The notes under the pieces were generated by a model. That model had not been told where the DNA came from and made no database searches. It saw nothing but the letters and a program-made list of their open reading frames with translations. From an uncultured Bacilli bacterium (lineage in GTDB: Bacteria; Bacillota_I; Bacilli_A; RF39; UBA660): a DNA stretch of 59,047 nt. Positions within the stretch are counted from its first letter, which is position 1, and every line of letters starts with the position of its first letter. The position numbers were made by a program, and so were the translations under genes. Shown one piece after another: positions 17,751-27,384 of the stretch. The stretch spans positions 1-59,047 of the forward strand of contig CAKOLD010000004.1 in assembly GCA_934096015.1 (NCBI GenBank). Direction: 5' to 3'.

Positions 17751-19856
17751 TTACTTTATAATAAATTTATCATTTTGATAATCTATTAAAATATGGCCAC
17801 CAAATTTAATACTATCCATTATTAATGCATTAGCAATTAAAGATTCAATATTTTTACTAACAAATCTTTTAATACCTCTAGCACCATATCTAACATCATA
17901 TGATTCTTTAATTACTTCATCTTTAGCAACATCTGTTAGAGAAATAGTAATACGTTTATCAATTAATCTCTTTTCAATATCTTTAATAGTTAAATTTAAA
18001 ATTTCATAAACAACAGACTTATCTAAAGAATTAAATATAATAATTTCATCAATTCTATTAATAAACTCTGGTTTAAAAGTATGTCTAAGTTCTTCAAAAA
18101 TCAATTCTTTTTTATTTTCACTATTTTCTAAAACATATTCGCTTCCTAAATTAGATGTCATAATTATTATGGTGTTTTTAAAATCCACAGTACGACCCTG
18201 GCCATCCGTAATTCTACCGTCATCTAATATCTGCAATAAAATATTAAACACGTCTTTATGAGCTTTTTCAATTTCATCAAACAATAAAATTGTATAAGGA
18301 TTTCTTCTTACAGCCTCTGTAAGTTGACCTCCTTCGTCGTAACCTACGTATCCTGGAGGAGCTCCAACTAATCTTGAAACTGTATGAGCTTCCATATATT
18401 CACTCATATCAATTCTAACCATGTGTCTTTCATCATCAAATAATTCGCTTGCTAAAGTTTTAGCAATTTCTGTTTTACCAACACCAGTTGGACCCAAAAA
18501 CATGAAAGAACCAATAGGACGACGAGGATCTTTAATTCCGGCACGAGCTCTTTTGATAGCTTCAACTACCAAATGAATTGCTTCATCCTGGCCTTTAACA
18601 CGTTTCTTCATATTTTCTTCTAAAGCAAGTAATTTTTCTTTTTCGCCACCAATTAATTTAGAAACAGGAATATTAGTCCATTTAGAAACTACATTAGCAA
18701 TGCTTTCTTCATTAACAACATCACTTAAAATTCCTTCTTTACTTTCAGCATGAAGTGAATCTAATTTATGTCTTAGTTCAGGAATAACTCCGTGGCGAAG
18801 TTTTGCAGCACTTTCCAAATCATAACTATTTTCTGCCACTTCTAATTTGTGTTTAGCAATTTCTAACTCTTCTTTTACTTTATTAATTTTATCATTAATA
18901 TTTTTTTCTTCTTCCCATTTTTCACGTAGTTCTTTTTCTTCAACTTTTAACTTTTCTAATTTCTCTACTATAACATTTACTCTTGATTTACTTAATTCAT
19001 CCTTTTCTTTTTTTAGTGCTTCTTTTTCTATTTCTAGTTGCATTATTTTTCTTTCAAGAGTATCAAGTTCAGTTGGCATGCTTTCTAATTGAACTTTTAT
19101 AGTTGCACACGCTTCATCAATTAAATCAATTGCTTTGTCGGGTAAAAATCTATCGGTTATATATCTATCTGATAAAGTTGCTGCTGCAACAAGAGCATTA
19201 TCTTTAATGGAAACTCCATGATAAACTTCAAACCTTGATTTCAAACCCCTTAATATAGTTATGGTATCCATAACGCTAGGAGCACCAACAATTATTTTTT
19301 GAAAACGTCTTTCCAAAGCTCCATCTTTTTCAATATACTTTCTATATTCATTTAATGTTGTAGCCCCAATACAATGAATTTCACCTCTTGCTAACATAGG
19401 TTTAAGCATATTACCAGCATCCATTGCTCCTTCTAAGGCACCAGCTCCAACAATCATATGGATTTCATCTATAAATAAAATAATGTTTCCATCACTATTT
19501 TTAATTTCTTTTAAAACTGCTTTTAATCTCTCTTCAAATTCACCACGATATTTAGCTCCAGCTATTAAAGCTCCCATATCCAATTCCCAAATAGTTTTAT
19601 TTTTCAAACTATCAGGGACATCACCCTTAATTATTCTTAAAGCTAAACCTTCTACAATTGCTGTTTTACCAACACCAGGTTCACCAATAAGAACCGGATT
19701 GTTTTTGGTTTTTCGAGACAAAATTCTTGTTATATTTCTAATTTCTTCATCTCTCCCAATTACAGGATCAATTTTATTATCTTTTGCCGCTTGAACAATG
19801 TCTCGACCATATTTTTCTAAAACATTTTCTTGTTCTTGGTTTTGATTATAATTCAT
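17751..19856 (-). CDS. clpB: AAA+ disaggregase ClpB lacking the N-terminal domain
   Basis: Two AAA modules (GEPGVGKT; GPTGVGKT) separated by a long coiled-coil middle domain (ELD.LERKI..LEIE..AL.KE...). The protein begins about 10 residues before the [12 protein letters not shown] segment of NBD1. 701 aa. Confidence 0.9.
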   Translation of the reverse strand: MNYNQNQEQENVLEKYGRDIVQAAKDNKIDPVIGRDEEIRNITRILSRKTKNNPVLIGEPGVGKTAIVEGLALRIIKGDVPDSLKNKTIWELDMGALIAGAKYRGEFEERLKAVLKEIKNSDGNIILFIDEIHMIVGAGALEGAMDAGNMLKPMLARGEIHCIGATTLNEYRKYIEKDGALERRFQKIIVGAPSVMDTITILRGLKSRFEVYHGVSIKDNALVAAATLSDRYITDRFLPDKAIDLIDEACATIKVQLESMPTELDTLERKIMQLEIEKEALKKEKDELSKSRVNVIVEKLEKLKVEEKELREKWEEEKNINDKINKVKEELEIAKHKLEVAENSYDLESAAKLRHGVIPELRHKLDSLHAESKEGILSDVVNEESIANVVSKWTNIPVSKLIGGEKEKLLALEENMKKRVKGQDEAIHLVVEAIKRARAGIKDPRRPIGSFMFLGPTGVGKTEIAKTLASELFDDERHMVRIDMSEYMEAHTVSRLVGAPPGYVGYDEGGQLTEAVRRNPYTILLFDEIEKAHKDVFNILLQILDDGRITDGQGRTVDFKNTIIIMTSNLGSEYVLENSENKKELIFEELRHTFKPEFINRIDEIIIFNSLDKSVVYEILNLTIKDIEKRLIDKRITISLTDVAKDEVIKESYDVRYGARGIKRFVSKNIESLIANALIMDSIKFGGHILIDYQNDKFIIK

Positions 19857-19879
19857 AAATTCACACCCTTTCTAAATAC

Positions 19880-19907
19880 ATTATATCACTAAATTAGCAC
19901 TTGTCAA
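19880..19907 (-). promoter_or_regulatory. clpB promoter
   Basis: On the minus strand: TTGACA (19907-19902), 16 nt spacer, TATAAT (19885-19880). The -35 lies inside the CIRCE spacer. Confidence 0.6.
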
Positions 19908-19920
19908 CATAAAGTGCTAA
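19894..19920. promoter_or_regulatory. CIRCE operator (HrcA binding site type)
   Basis: TTAGCACTT-GTCAACATA-AAGTGCTAA. 8/9 matches in each arm to TTAGCACTC-N9-GAGTGCTAA with exact 9-nt spacing, 38 nt upstream of clpB. Confidence 0.75.
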
Positions 19921-20045
19921 TTATTGTTTATTAAATTGTTTCGCCTGCTTACTATTATATAAAATAGTCCAAAAGTTATTTGACTAAAGCCTTTTTTTTT
20001 GCTATCATTTTCATAGATAACAATCGTTATTTAAAAGGAGGACTT

Positions 20046-20636
20046 ATGCCAGCTGTTAAAATAAAAAAAGAAGATATTATTAAAGGTAGTATAAAGTATA
20101 TTAGAAAACATGGAATAGAAAAATTATCTGCACGTACTTTAGCTAGAAGTATTAAATGTTCTACACAACCACTTTTTAAACAATTTGAAAATATGGATGA
20201 TTTAAAAAATCAAGTTTTTAATGACGTTGTTAAAATTCATAAAACCTATGTTGAAAAGGGTAAAGACAAACATGAAATTCCCTTTATAGGAGTAGGACTA
20301 TCTTATATAGAATTTGCAAAAAAAGAGCCAAACCTTTTTCATTTCTTATTCTTATCTCCAAGTGCTAAGTCTAATAATATTTTAGATATGGTAGACAGTG
20401 CAGAAGGGAAAGAATATATAAATTTAATAACTAAAACTACAGGGTTACCTGAAAATTTGAGTAAACAAATATATATAAATATTTGGTTAATTGTTCACGG
20501 AATAGCTTGCATGGTTTCCACAAACACTTCAACTATAAAAGAGGAGGAATGTGCTACGATTTTAATAGATGCTTTTAAAGGATATAGACAAGTTTTATTA
20601 AATAAAGCTCTAAATAGTGCACACTTAAAAAAATGA
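20046..20636 (+). CDS. TetR/AcrR-family transcriptional regulator
   Basis: N-terminal HTH KHGIEKLSARTLARSIKCSTQPLFKQF. ATG 20046 follows AAAGGAGGA; the ORF-track TTG 19980 extension is unsupported. Confidence 0.8.
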   Translation: MPAVKIKKEDIIKGSIKYIRKHGIEKLSARTLARSIKCSTQPLFKQFENMDDLKNQVFNDVVKIHKTYVEKGKDKHEIPFIGVGLSYIEFAKKEPNLFHFLFLSPSAKSNNILDMVDSAEGKEYINLITKTTGLPENLSKQIYINIWLIVHGIACMVSTNTSTIKEEECATILIDAFKGYRQVLLNKALNSAHLKK

Positions 20637-21292
20637 AAAAAGAAAAATTAGATATTATTTATGAAGATAAATATTTGATTGCAGTCAATAAAAAAAGTGG
20701 GTTATTAACAATTAGTAATAAAAAAGAAAGTTATAATACTCTTTATCATAAAGTCTCAGATTATGTAAAAAAACAACATAAAAGAAATAAAATATTTATT
20801 GTTCACAGATTAGATCAAGATACAAGTGGAATAATTTTATTTGCAAAAGACTATAAAACAAAAGAATTATTACAAAATACTTGGGACAAAGTTAAAAGAG
20901 AATATATTGCATTAGTAGAAGGAAAACCTAAAGAAAATAAAAAAACACTAAAAAGCTATTTAAAGGAAACTAAAACCCTTCACACATATAGTACAAATGA
21001 TTCTAAAAACGGGAAATTAGCAATAACGGAATACGAAGTATTAAAAAGTAATAATCAATATAGTTTATTATTAATTAATATTTTAACTGGTAGAAAAAAT
21101 CAAATTAGAGTGCAACTTAGCGATATAGGTAACCCTATAGTTGGTGATAAAAAATATGGTTCTAAAAAGAACCCAATTAGAAGAGTATGTTTACATGCTC
21201 AAAAATTAGAATTTATTCATCCAATAACAAAAAAATTAATATTATTAGAAATTAAAATTCCTAAACAAATAACCAATCTATTAGAAACTTGA
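20633..21292 (+). CDS. RluA-family pseudouridine synthase (no S4 domain)
   Basis: Catalytic motif HRLDQDTSGIILFAK, GRKNQIRVQL, and a LHA... C-terminal motif. ATGA overlap with the TetR gene. Confidence 0.85.
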   Translation: MKKEKLDIIYEDKYLIAVNKKSGLLTISNKKESYNTLYHKVSDYVKKQHKRNKIFIVHRLDQDTSGIILFAKDYKTKELLQNTWDKVKREYIALVEGKPKENKKTLKSYLKETKTLHTYSTNDSKNGKLAITEYEVLKSNNQYSLLLINILTGRKNQIRVQLSDIGNPIVGDKKYGSKKNPIRRVCLHAQKLEFIHPITKKLILLEIKIPKQITNLLET

Positions 21293-21376
21293 CACAAATA
21301 TCAGTTTACACTAAGTAGAAACTTGATTAAACATTAAAAATAAGGTATATTAAGCGTAAGAAAAGAGGTCTTTTAT

Positions 21377-23320
21377 ATGGAAAAAAACTTTGCTGAAGAA
21401 TTACAAGAACGTAAGGATAGTGTTGTTCAATATCTTGGATATGACCTAGAAAGAAACAACAATGAAAAAGAAGAAATAGAAAATAAGTTAAAAGAACTAG
21501 ATGAGTTACTACAGGAAAATGAAAAAGAAACTAATGCATTATATCTAGAAACTAAAAAGAAATTAGATGATGCTTTAGAAAAAATTCAAAATACTAAAAA
21601 TGCTGCAAAATATAGTATTGAACAAATAATTTTACTTTGCCAAGATAGAAATGAATATTTAATTAAAGAATATCAAGAAAAAAGTGCAGTACAAATCCAA
21701 CAACGTAAAGATTCTTTAATTACTGAAAATACTAGTTTGCAATATGACATTGATCATAAACAACAAATTATTAATGAAAAAACAGAATTAATGAATAATT
21801 ATAAAAACATGAAAGATTATTCTAGAGCAGCAGAAATAGAAAAAGAAATAGAACAATTAAAAAATGTAATTTCTGAAAACAAAGATAAAATTAAAGCAAA
21901 TGAAAAAGAAATAGAAACATGCGACAAGTTCATGGAAGAATACATGGAGAATTTAAAAACCATTAAATTGTACAGAGATATTGCGAAAAGACATGGAATT
22001 GAGTTAGACGAAGTAAAAACAAAAAATCCAATACCAACGCCAGAACCAGTTCCAAATCCTGTGCCACAACCAGAACCAAAACCGCAACCAGTTCCAAATC
22101 CTATGCCACAACCAGAACCGAAACCACAACCAATCCCAAATCCTATGCCACAGCCAGAACCAAAACCACAACCGGTTCCAAATCCTGTACCACAACCAGA
22201 GCCAAAGCCACAACCGGCTCCAAATCCTGGGCCTCAACCGACACCAAAGCCACAGCCTACTCCTAGTCCGAAGCCAACACCTGGAACTGATTTGATACCA
22301 GTATCAAAACCAAAAAAGAAAAAAGTTAAATTTGTAGAATCAGCAAAAAATTTCTACAAAAAGCATAAAAAAGCAATATTACTTATAGGGGCACTTGCCA
22401 TTTCTCTAGTAGCACTAAACGCTTTAGCACCATCAATAATGTATATGAATTCATGGTGGTGGTGGAAATTAGTAGGAGCAGGAGCTGTACCAGAAACTGG
22501 ATTACCAGCATTCCTACATGCAGTTAATTTGAAAATTGGTACTGCAATTGGAGCTTCGTTTACATCAAAAACTGGTATATGGACACTTGCAAATGGTGCT
22601 ATTTTGAATGGTACAGCAGCTGAAGCTGGATTACTAGCAACAGTGGGTAAAGTAGCTCTATTATCTGGAGTAACAATAGGAAGTGGAGCCGTAGCAGTAA
22701 AAAATGCAGTTAAATTAGCAACTGATAAAATTAAAGGCAGAAAAAATAAATATAAACATGCAAAAGATGATTCCATATTTGCGACTGTAACTAATTCTGT
22801 AAAAAATGGCTACAATAAAGGTAAAGAAAAGATAAAAGGAGTCTTTAAAAAGAAAGATAAGTTTGATTTTGCATTTGAAAGAGAAGATTTTAGTGATAGT
22901 CTAAATGACAGAGTGGAAACTTTAATATCTGAAGGATATATAGATAAAGAAACTGAAAAAGCACTTTATGAAATGTCTAGAGAAGACGCTTTAAAAGTAA
23001 TTAAAGAAGCTGATCAAAAATTTCAACAAAATTCTGTAAAAAAACAACCACAGCCAGAACCAAAACCAGCTCCATCTCCTGCACCAGCTCCAGAAAATGG
23101 AAATACAGAAGAACTTAGAACAGATTTAGCTCAAGAAATGAGAGAATTTATTGATTATGGTATTATGGTAGGAGCTTATGATAAAAATGTTATTTCTTCA
23201 ATTAATAAAATGCCATTAGATAAGGCGCTTGAACTTATAAAAACTGATCCAAATTATATAAATTACCAAAAAATTTCAGAACAATTTCAAGAAGAGAAAT
23301 CAGAAGGGAAAACTAAATAA
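21377..23320 (+). CDS. Coiled-coil / proline-repeat / Gly-Ala-rich membrane protein, unknown function
   Basis: Good SD (AAAGAGG). About 210 aa of heptad-like Glu/Lys-rich sequence, then 5 x 14-aa P-x-P repeats, a TM segment, SWWWWK and a G/A-rich hydrophobic stretch. This is followed by a Lys-rich linker and two related helical modules separated by a second short Pro-rich linker. Confidence 0.7.
   Translation: MEKNFAEELQERKDSVVQYLGYDLERNNNEKEEIENKLKELDELLQENEKETNALYLETKKKLDDALEKIQNTKNAAKYSIEQIILLCQDRNEYLIKEYQEKSAVQIQQRKDSLITENTSLQYDIDHKQQIINEKTELMNNYKNMKDYSRAAEIEKEIEQLKNVISENKDKIKANEKEIETCDKFMEEYMENLKTIKLYRDIAKRHGIELDEVKTKNPIPTPEPVPNPVPQPEPKPQPVPNPMPQPEPKPQPIPNPMPQPEPKPQPVPNPVPQPEPKPQPAPNPGPQPTPKPQPTPSPKPTPGTDLIPVSKPKKKKVKFVESAKNFYKKHKKAILLIGALAISLVALNALAPSIMYMNSWWWWKLVGAGAVPETGLPAFLHAVNLKIGTAIGASFTSKTGIWTLANGAILNGTAAEAGLLATVGKVALLSGVTIGSGAVAVKNAVKLATDKIKGRKNKYKHAKDDSIFATVTNSVKNGYNKGKEKIKGVFKKKDKFDFAFEREDFSDSLNDRVETLISEGYIDKETEKALYEMSREDALKVIKEADQKFQQNSVKKQPQPEPKPAPSPAPAPENGNTEELRTDLAQEMREFIDYGIMVGAYDKNVISSINKMPLDKALELIKTDPNYINYQKISEQFQEEKSEGKTK
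22046..22255 (+). repeat. Five in-frame tandem 42-bp repeats encoding P(V/I/A)PNP(V/M/G)PQP(E/T)PKPQ
   Basis: Units start at 22046, 22088, 22130, 22172 and 22214. The first four are near-identical; the fifth is diverged. Confidence 0.9.
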
Positions 23321-23592
23321 TGAAAAAAGATACAATTATTACATTAGAAGATAATGAAAAATATGTATTGTTAGATCAAGTTGAATTAGAAAATGGAAAA
23401 TATTTTTTAGCATTAGAACTTGATGAAAATGAAGAACCAACAAGACATTATGAGATATTTGAAGAAGAAGTTGAAGATGGTGAATCTTACATGACTATTG
23501 TTGAAGATAAAAATTTGAAAGATGCTTTAATGGTTAATTTCACTTTAAACTACGAAGAATATATAGATCAATACACAGGAGAAGAAGATTAA
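23320..23592 (+). CDS. Small acidic protein, DUF1292-like
   Basis: 90 aa, Glu/Asp-rich, with an ITLEDNEKYVLLDQVELENGKYFLAL pattern resembling DUF1292. The TAATG junction overlaps the upstream stop. Confidence 0.45.
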   Translation: MKKDTIITLEDNEKYVLLDQVELENGKYFLALELDENEEPTRHYEIFEEEVEDGESYMTIVEDKNLKDALMVNFTLNYEEYIDQYTGEED

Positions 23593-23604
23593 TCTTCTTT
23601 TTTT
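23582..23604 (+). terminator. Rho-independent terminator
   Basis: AGAAGA ttaa TCTTCT followed by TTTTT. Confidence 0.7.
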
Positions 23605-23673
23605 GTAAACTAAAAGCATATAAATGTAAAAAAAACTCGATTTATAGTATAATAATTACAAAGGAAGTGTTAC

Positions 23674-24714
23674 ATGAATCTGCAAGTAAATAATACAAAT
23701 GTCTTTCTAATAATAATAACGACATTCATAGCAAGCTTAATTTATGTTCCAATTGCCAAAAAAATTGCCAATCACGTAAATGCTATTGACAAGCCAAATG
23801 AAAGAAAAGTTCACAAAAAACCAATGCCACGGCTTGGAGGGCTTGCAATTTTTGGAGCATTTTTAACGGGATATATACTTTTTGGAGAAATTACTACCCA
23901 AATGCTATCAATCCTAATAGGAGGATTTATAATTGTTTTAACAGGATTTATTGATGACATAAATCCCTTACGAGCAAGAATAAAATTTTTAGGTCAACTT
24001 CTTGCAGCATGTATTGTAGTTTTTTACGGAAAAATATATTTAACAGATGCAACCGTTTTAGGTTTGTATTTAAATTTTGGGGATCTAGGATATTTAATTT
24101 CTGTATTTATTATTTTAGGAGCCATAAATGCTATAAATCTAATTGATGGTTTAGATGGCTTGGCAGCTGGAACAAGTGCCATTTACTTTATAACTATGGC
24201 TGTAATTGGTTTAACTATTCACGTATACGGAGGCCTTGATGTTATACTATGTACAATAATGATTGGTTCAACTTTAGGATTTTTAGTTTATAATTTTAAT
24301 CCGGCAAGTATATTTATGGGAGATACAGGTTCAATGTTTTTAGGCTATATGATCGCTATAATTTCTCTTTTAGGATTTAAAACAGCAACTTTCACTTCAT
24401 TCTTAGTTCCATTACTAATACTTTTTATGCCAATTTTAGATACAGTTTTAGCAATACTTAGAAGATTTATAAAAGGAGAAAATATTGGAACACCTGATAA
24501 AGAACATTTTCATCATCAATTATTAAGAAGAACTTCTTCTGTAAGAAAAACAGTATTACTAATTTATTTAATAAATATGTTGTTTAGTGCTGTATCTGTA
24601 TTATATGCCTGGGGATACACCAAAATTGCAATGATAATTTATGTAGTCTTAATGATCATGTTTTTGTTCTTAATATTAAAAACTGATGTTCTATTTAATC
24701 ACGAGAAGAAATAA
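23674..24714 (+). CDS. tagO: Undecaprenyl-phosphate N-acetylhexosamine-1-phosphate transferase (MraY/WecA/TagO family, GT4 polyprenyl-P transferase)
   Basis: About 10 TM segments. Motifs NAINLIDGLDGLA, FMGDTGSMFLG and HFHHQLL. Confidence 0.85.
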   Translation: MNLQVNNTNVFLIIITTFIASLIYVPIAKKIANHVNAIDKPNERKVHKKPMPRLGGLAIFGAFLTGYILFGEITTQMLSILIGGFIIVLTGFIDDINPLRARIKFLGQLLAACIVVFYGKIYLTDATVLGLYLNFGDLGYLISVFIILGAINAINLIDGLDGLAAGTSAIYFITMAVIGLTIHVYGGLDVILCTIMIGSTLGFLVYNFNPASIFMGDTGSMFLGYMIAIISLLGFKTATFTSFLVPLLILFMPILDTVLAILRRFIKGENIGTPDKEHFHHQLLRRTSSVRKTVLLIYLINMLFSAVSVLYAWGYTKIAMIIYVVLMIMFLFLILKTDVLFNHEKK

Positions 24715-24779
24715 TTCTTCTTTTTCTTTTCCTTTAAAAAAATATATCAATATAGTATAATTAACAAGAAGGTGAAATA

Positions 24780-25847
24780 ATGGATAAGAAAAATATTCTA
24801 ATAAGTATAGACAATATAGATAAAGGTGAAATCCAAAAATACCTTATAAATTTTCTAAAAAATATTGATTATAATAAATTTAATATAGATTTACTATTAA
24901 AAAAAACTTCAGGTTATTATAAAAAAAATTTACCCAAAAAAGTAAATATTATAACAAATAATAAGAAAAATATATTACTAAACAAATTAGAAAAAATAAC
25001 ATTTAATTTAAAAAATCATAATAAATATAATACTTCCATTATATTTAATATTGATTCTCTAGAATCAAACAAAACTATATTAAAAGCTAGCAAAAATAAA
25101 ATCATGTTTATAAATGAAGACTATATTAAAAATTTTAGTGAAGGGCAATTCCGTGAATTTTTTACTAAAAGAAATATTTATAACTTCAATCAACTAATAT
25201 TTAAATCAACAGAATCAAAAGAAAAGTTTCTAAAATATTATCCCAGTCTAAATAGAATAACAACTGTTATAAGTTCAGTTATTAACGTAGATAAGATTGA
25301 AAAAGATAGCTTAGAAAAAATAAATATTAAATTTAAACGTACAGACAAAAAAATATTATTTATAGGAACTCTTAATGAAGAATTAAATAAAGTAAGCAAT
25401 TATTTAAATATGGTTAAAGAGTTAAAAAAAGATATACCAAATATTAAATTATATATTATAGGAAATGGAATAGATTACACAGCTTATAAAAGTTTCATTG
25501 ATGATAATAATTTAAGCGATCATATCATTTTACTGGATAATGTAGATAATATATATCCTTATATAAAAAAAGTAGATTACATAATAATTCCAGATGAAAT
25601 TAAAGAATATAAAACTATTATTACAGAAATATTTTTGTTGAAAACTAATATTATTTCCACAAAAATATTAAGCGACGATCTACTTCGAGTAGACGACAAA
25701 ACAAGTTATATAATTTCTTCCAATTATAATCAAATGTTAAAAGATATGTTAAATATATTAAACAATAAAGATAAGAAAAATAAAATTGATATTGAAAAAA
25801 TTAATAAAACAAAAATAACGTTATTAGAAAACTTATTAACAAAATAA
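24780..25847 (+). CDS. Putative glycosyltransferase (GT-B, family 1/4-like, divergent)
   Basis: The C-terminal half (KKILFIGTL...IKLYIIGNG...HIILL) resembles a GT-B Rossmann half. The EX7E motif is not clear. Confidence 0.45.
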   Translation: MDKKNILISIDNIDKGEIQKYLINFLKNIDYNKFNIDLLLKKTSGYYKKNLPKKVNIITNNKKNILLNKLEKITFNLKNHNKYNTSIIFNIDSLESNKTILKASKNKIMFINEDYIKNFSEGQFREFFTKRNIYNFNQLIFKSTESKEKFLKYYPSLNRITTVISSVINVDKIEKDSLEKINIKFKRTDKKILFIGTLNEELNKVSNYLNMVKELKKDIPNIKLYIIGNGIDYTAYKSFIDDNNLSDHIILLDNVDNIYPYIKKVDYIIIPDEIKEYKTIITEIFLLKTNIISTKILSDDLLRVDDKTSYIISSNYNQMLKDMLNILNNKDKKNKIDIEKINKTKITLLENLLTK

Positions 25848-25850
25848 TTA

Positions 25851-25871
25851 ATGTCGTCAGACAGACGACAT
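25851..25871 (+). other. Copy 1 of recurrent intergenic hairpin ATGTCGTC-N5-GACGACAT
   Basis: 8-bp perfect stem immediately after the stop at 25847 and 19 nt before the next ATG. Related copies lie at 43231-43251 and 43265-43283. Confidence 0.7.
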
Positions 25872-25889
25872 ATACATATAGGAGAAAAT

Positions 25890-27377
25890 ATGAAAAAAAA
25901 TTTAAATAATTTTTTAAACTTTTCTATAATTGGTTTAATGATAATAACTCCAATTTTAGATATGCGATTTTGGTTTAATAGAATAACAACTTTAATACAA
26001 GTGATGTTAATTGGTATTATACTTCTCGTAAAACTTATTACTAATCAAGAATCAAGAAAGAACTTTTGGAAACTACTAATTTTTTATTTGTTAAGTATTA
26101 TTTATTTAATAATAAATTATTTTAGAAGTAAAAACTTTAATTCTTATTTTGTAGGTAATTTTAATTATAGTATTTATAAAGAAACTTTAACAATAATTAA
26201 ACTTCTTATGCCATTAACCCTATTATTTATTTTAAAATATTCAGACATTTCTAAAAAAGCATATACTAATATTATAAAATATTGGACTATATATTTTTCA
26301 TTAATAATAATAGTAACAGACATTTTTAAAATAGGTTATGGAAGTTACAGTGATCAATTAATAAAATATAATATGTTCGATTGGATAAACAAACCATATT
26401 ATTTTGATACGGCATGTAAAGGATTTTTTAATTATGCAAATCAAGTAGCATGTATTCTAGTTTTGTTATTAATAACCAATGTTTATAATTTTTTCAAAAA
26501 TAAAACAAAAAATATAACGTATGTTATATTACTATCATTAGCAATGATAACTTTGGGTACAAGAATTTCCACACTTGGAGGTCTGTTAGTTTTAATATGT
26601 ATTTGTCTTCTGACTGAAGTATATAAAAAAATCAATAAAATTACATTAAATAAAAAAAGATATTTAATAATAATACCAATATTATTATGGATTCTATTAA
26701 TTCCTATAAGTCCATACAGTAATAGAAATATTGAATTAAATAAGGATAAAGAAATTAAAAATTACGAAAATTCAAATACAAATGATGAGGAATCGTTAAA
26801 AAATGACAAATCATCCACAAAAATTAAAACTGATAATGAAGAAATACAATTTTATACTAAGGAAGACTTACTAAGACAAAAATTTGATAAAGAAGTTAAT
26901 AATGATGTTTTACCAGAAAGATTCTATAAAGAAATATATTCATATTATAATGATCCTTACTTTTGGAATGACTTTATAGATAAAAATAATATAAACGACA
27001 TAAATTACAGATTAATAGAAATAAGCATCATAAAAAGAATAAAAACGATTAATGATAATCCTCTTGATGATTGGTTTGGGATAAGTAATTCACGTATTCA
27101 AAATGTTGTAAATGTTGAAAGAGATTTTCAATTACAATTTTATGCATATGGAATAATTGGTTGTCTCATATTGTTACTCACTTATCCAATATTGTTAATA
27201 AAAAGTATAAGAAGGTTTTTCAACAACAAATCTTTAGAATCAATACTACAACTAGTAGTAGTTACAATATTTATATTAATGTCATTTTTAAGTGGAAATA
27301 TTTTAAACTTTTTAACGTGCACAATTCCTATGATATTCATATTTAACTACTATAATTTAAATGAAAAGGAACTCTAA
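25890..27377 (+). CDS. O-antigen ligase/polymerase-like (Wzy_C-type) polytopic membrane protein
   Basis: About 10 TM segments with a large hydrophilic loop (residues about 280-400 of the ORF). ATG 25890 follows AGGAGA; the upstream extension in the ORF track runs through the hairpin. Confidence 0.5.
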   Translation: MKKNLNNFLNFSIIGLMIITPILDMRFWFNRITTLIQVMLIGIILLVKLITNQESRKNFWKLLIFYLLSIIYLIINYFRSKNFNSYFVGNFNYSIYKETLTIIKLLMPLTLLFILKYSDISKKAYTNIIKYWTIYFSLIIIVTDIFKIGYGSYSDQLIKYNMFDWINKPYYFDTACKGFFNYANQVACILVLLLITNVYNFFKNKTKNITYVILLSLAMITLGTRISTLGGLLVLICICLLTEVYKKINKITLNKKRYLIIIPILLWILLIPISPYSNRNIELNKDKEIKNYENSNTNDEESLKNDKSSTKIKTDNEEIQFYTKEDLLRQKFDKEVNNDVLPERFYKEIYSYYNDPYFWNDFIDKNNINDINYRLIEISIIKRIKTINDNPLDDWFGISNSRIQNVVNVERDFQLQFYAYGIIGCLILLLTYPILLIKSIRRFFNNKSLESILQLVVVTIFILMSFLSGNILNFLTCTIPMIFIFNYYNLNEKEL

Positions 27378-27384
27378 AACCTAC

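Noticed and set aside
22046-22255. Regular 42-bp repeats considered as a CRISPR-like array
   Set aside because: The repeats are contiguous with no spacers and are in-frame inside a long ORF encoding a Pro-rich linker. No cas genes are present in the window.
22004-22776. Minus-strand ORFs 22004..22237 (W/R-rich) and 22354..22776 from the ORF track
   Set aside because: They are mirror images of the proline-repeat and Gly/Ala-rich coding segments of the 647-aa plus-strand gene. They have no SD, and their composition is the complement of the sense codons.
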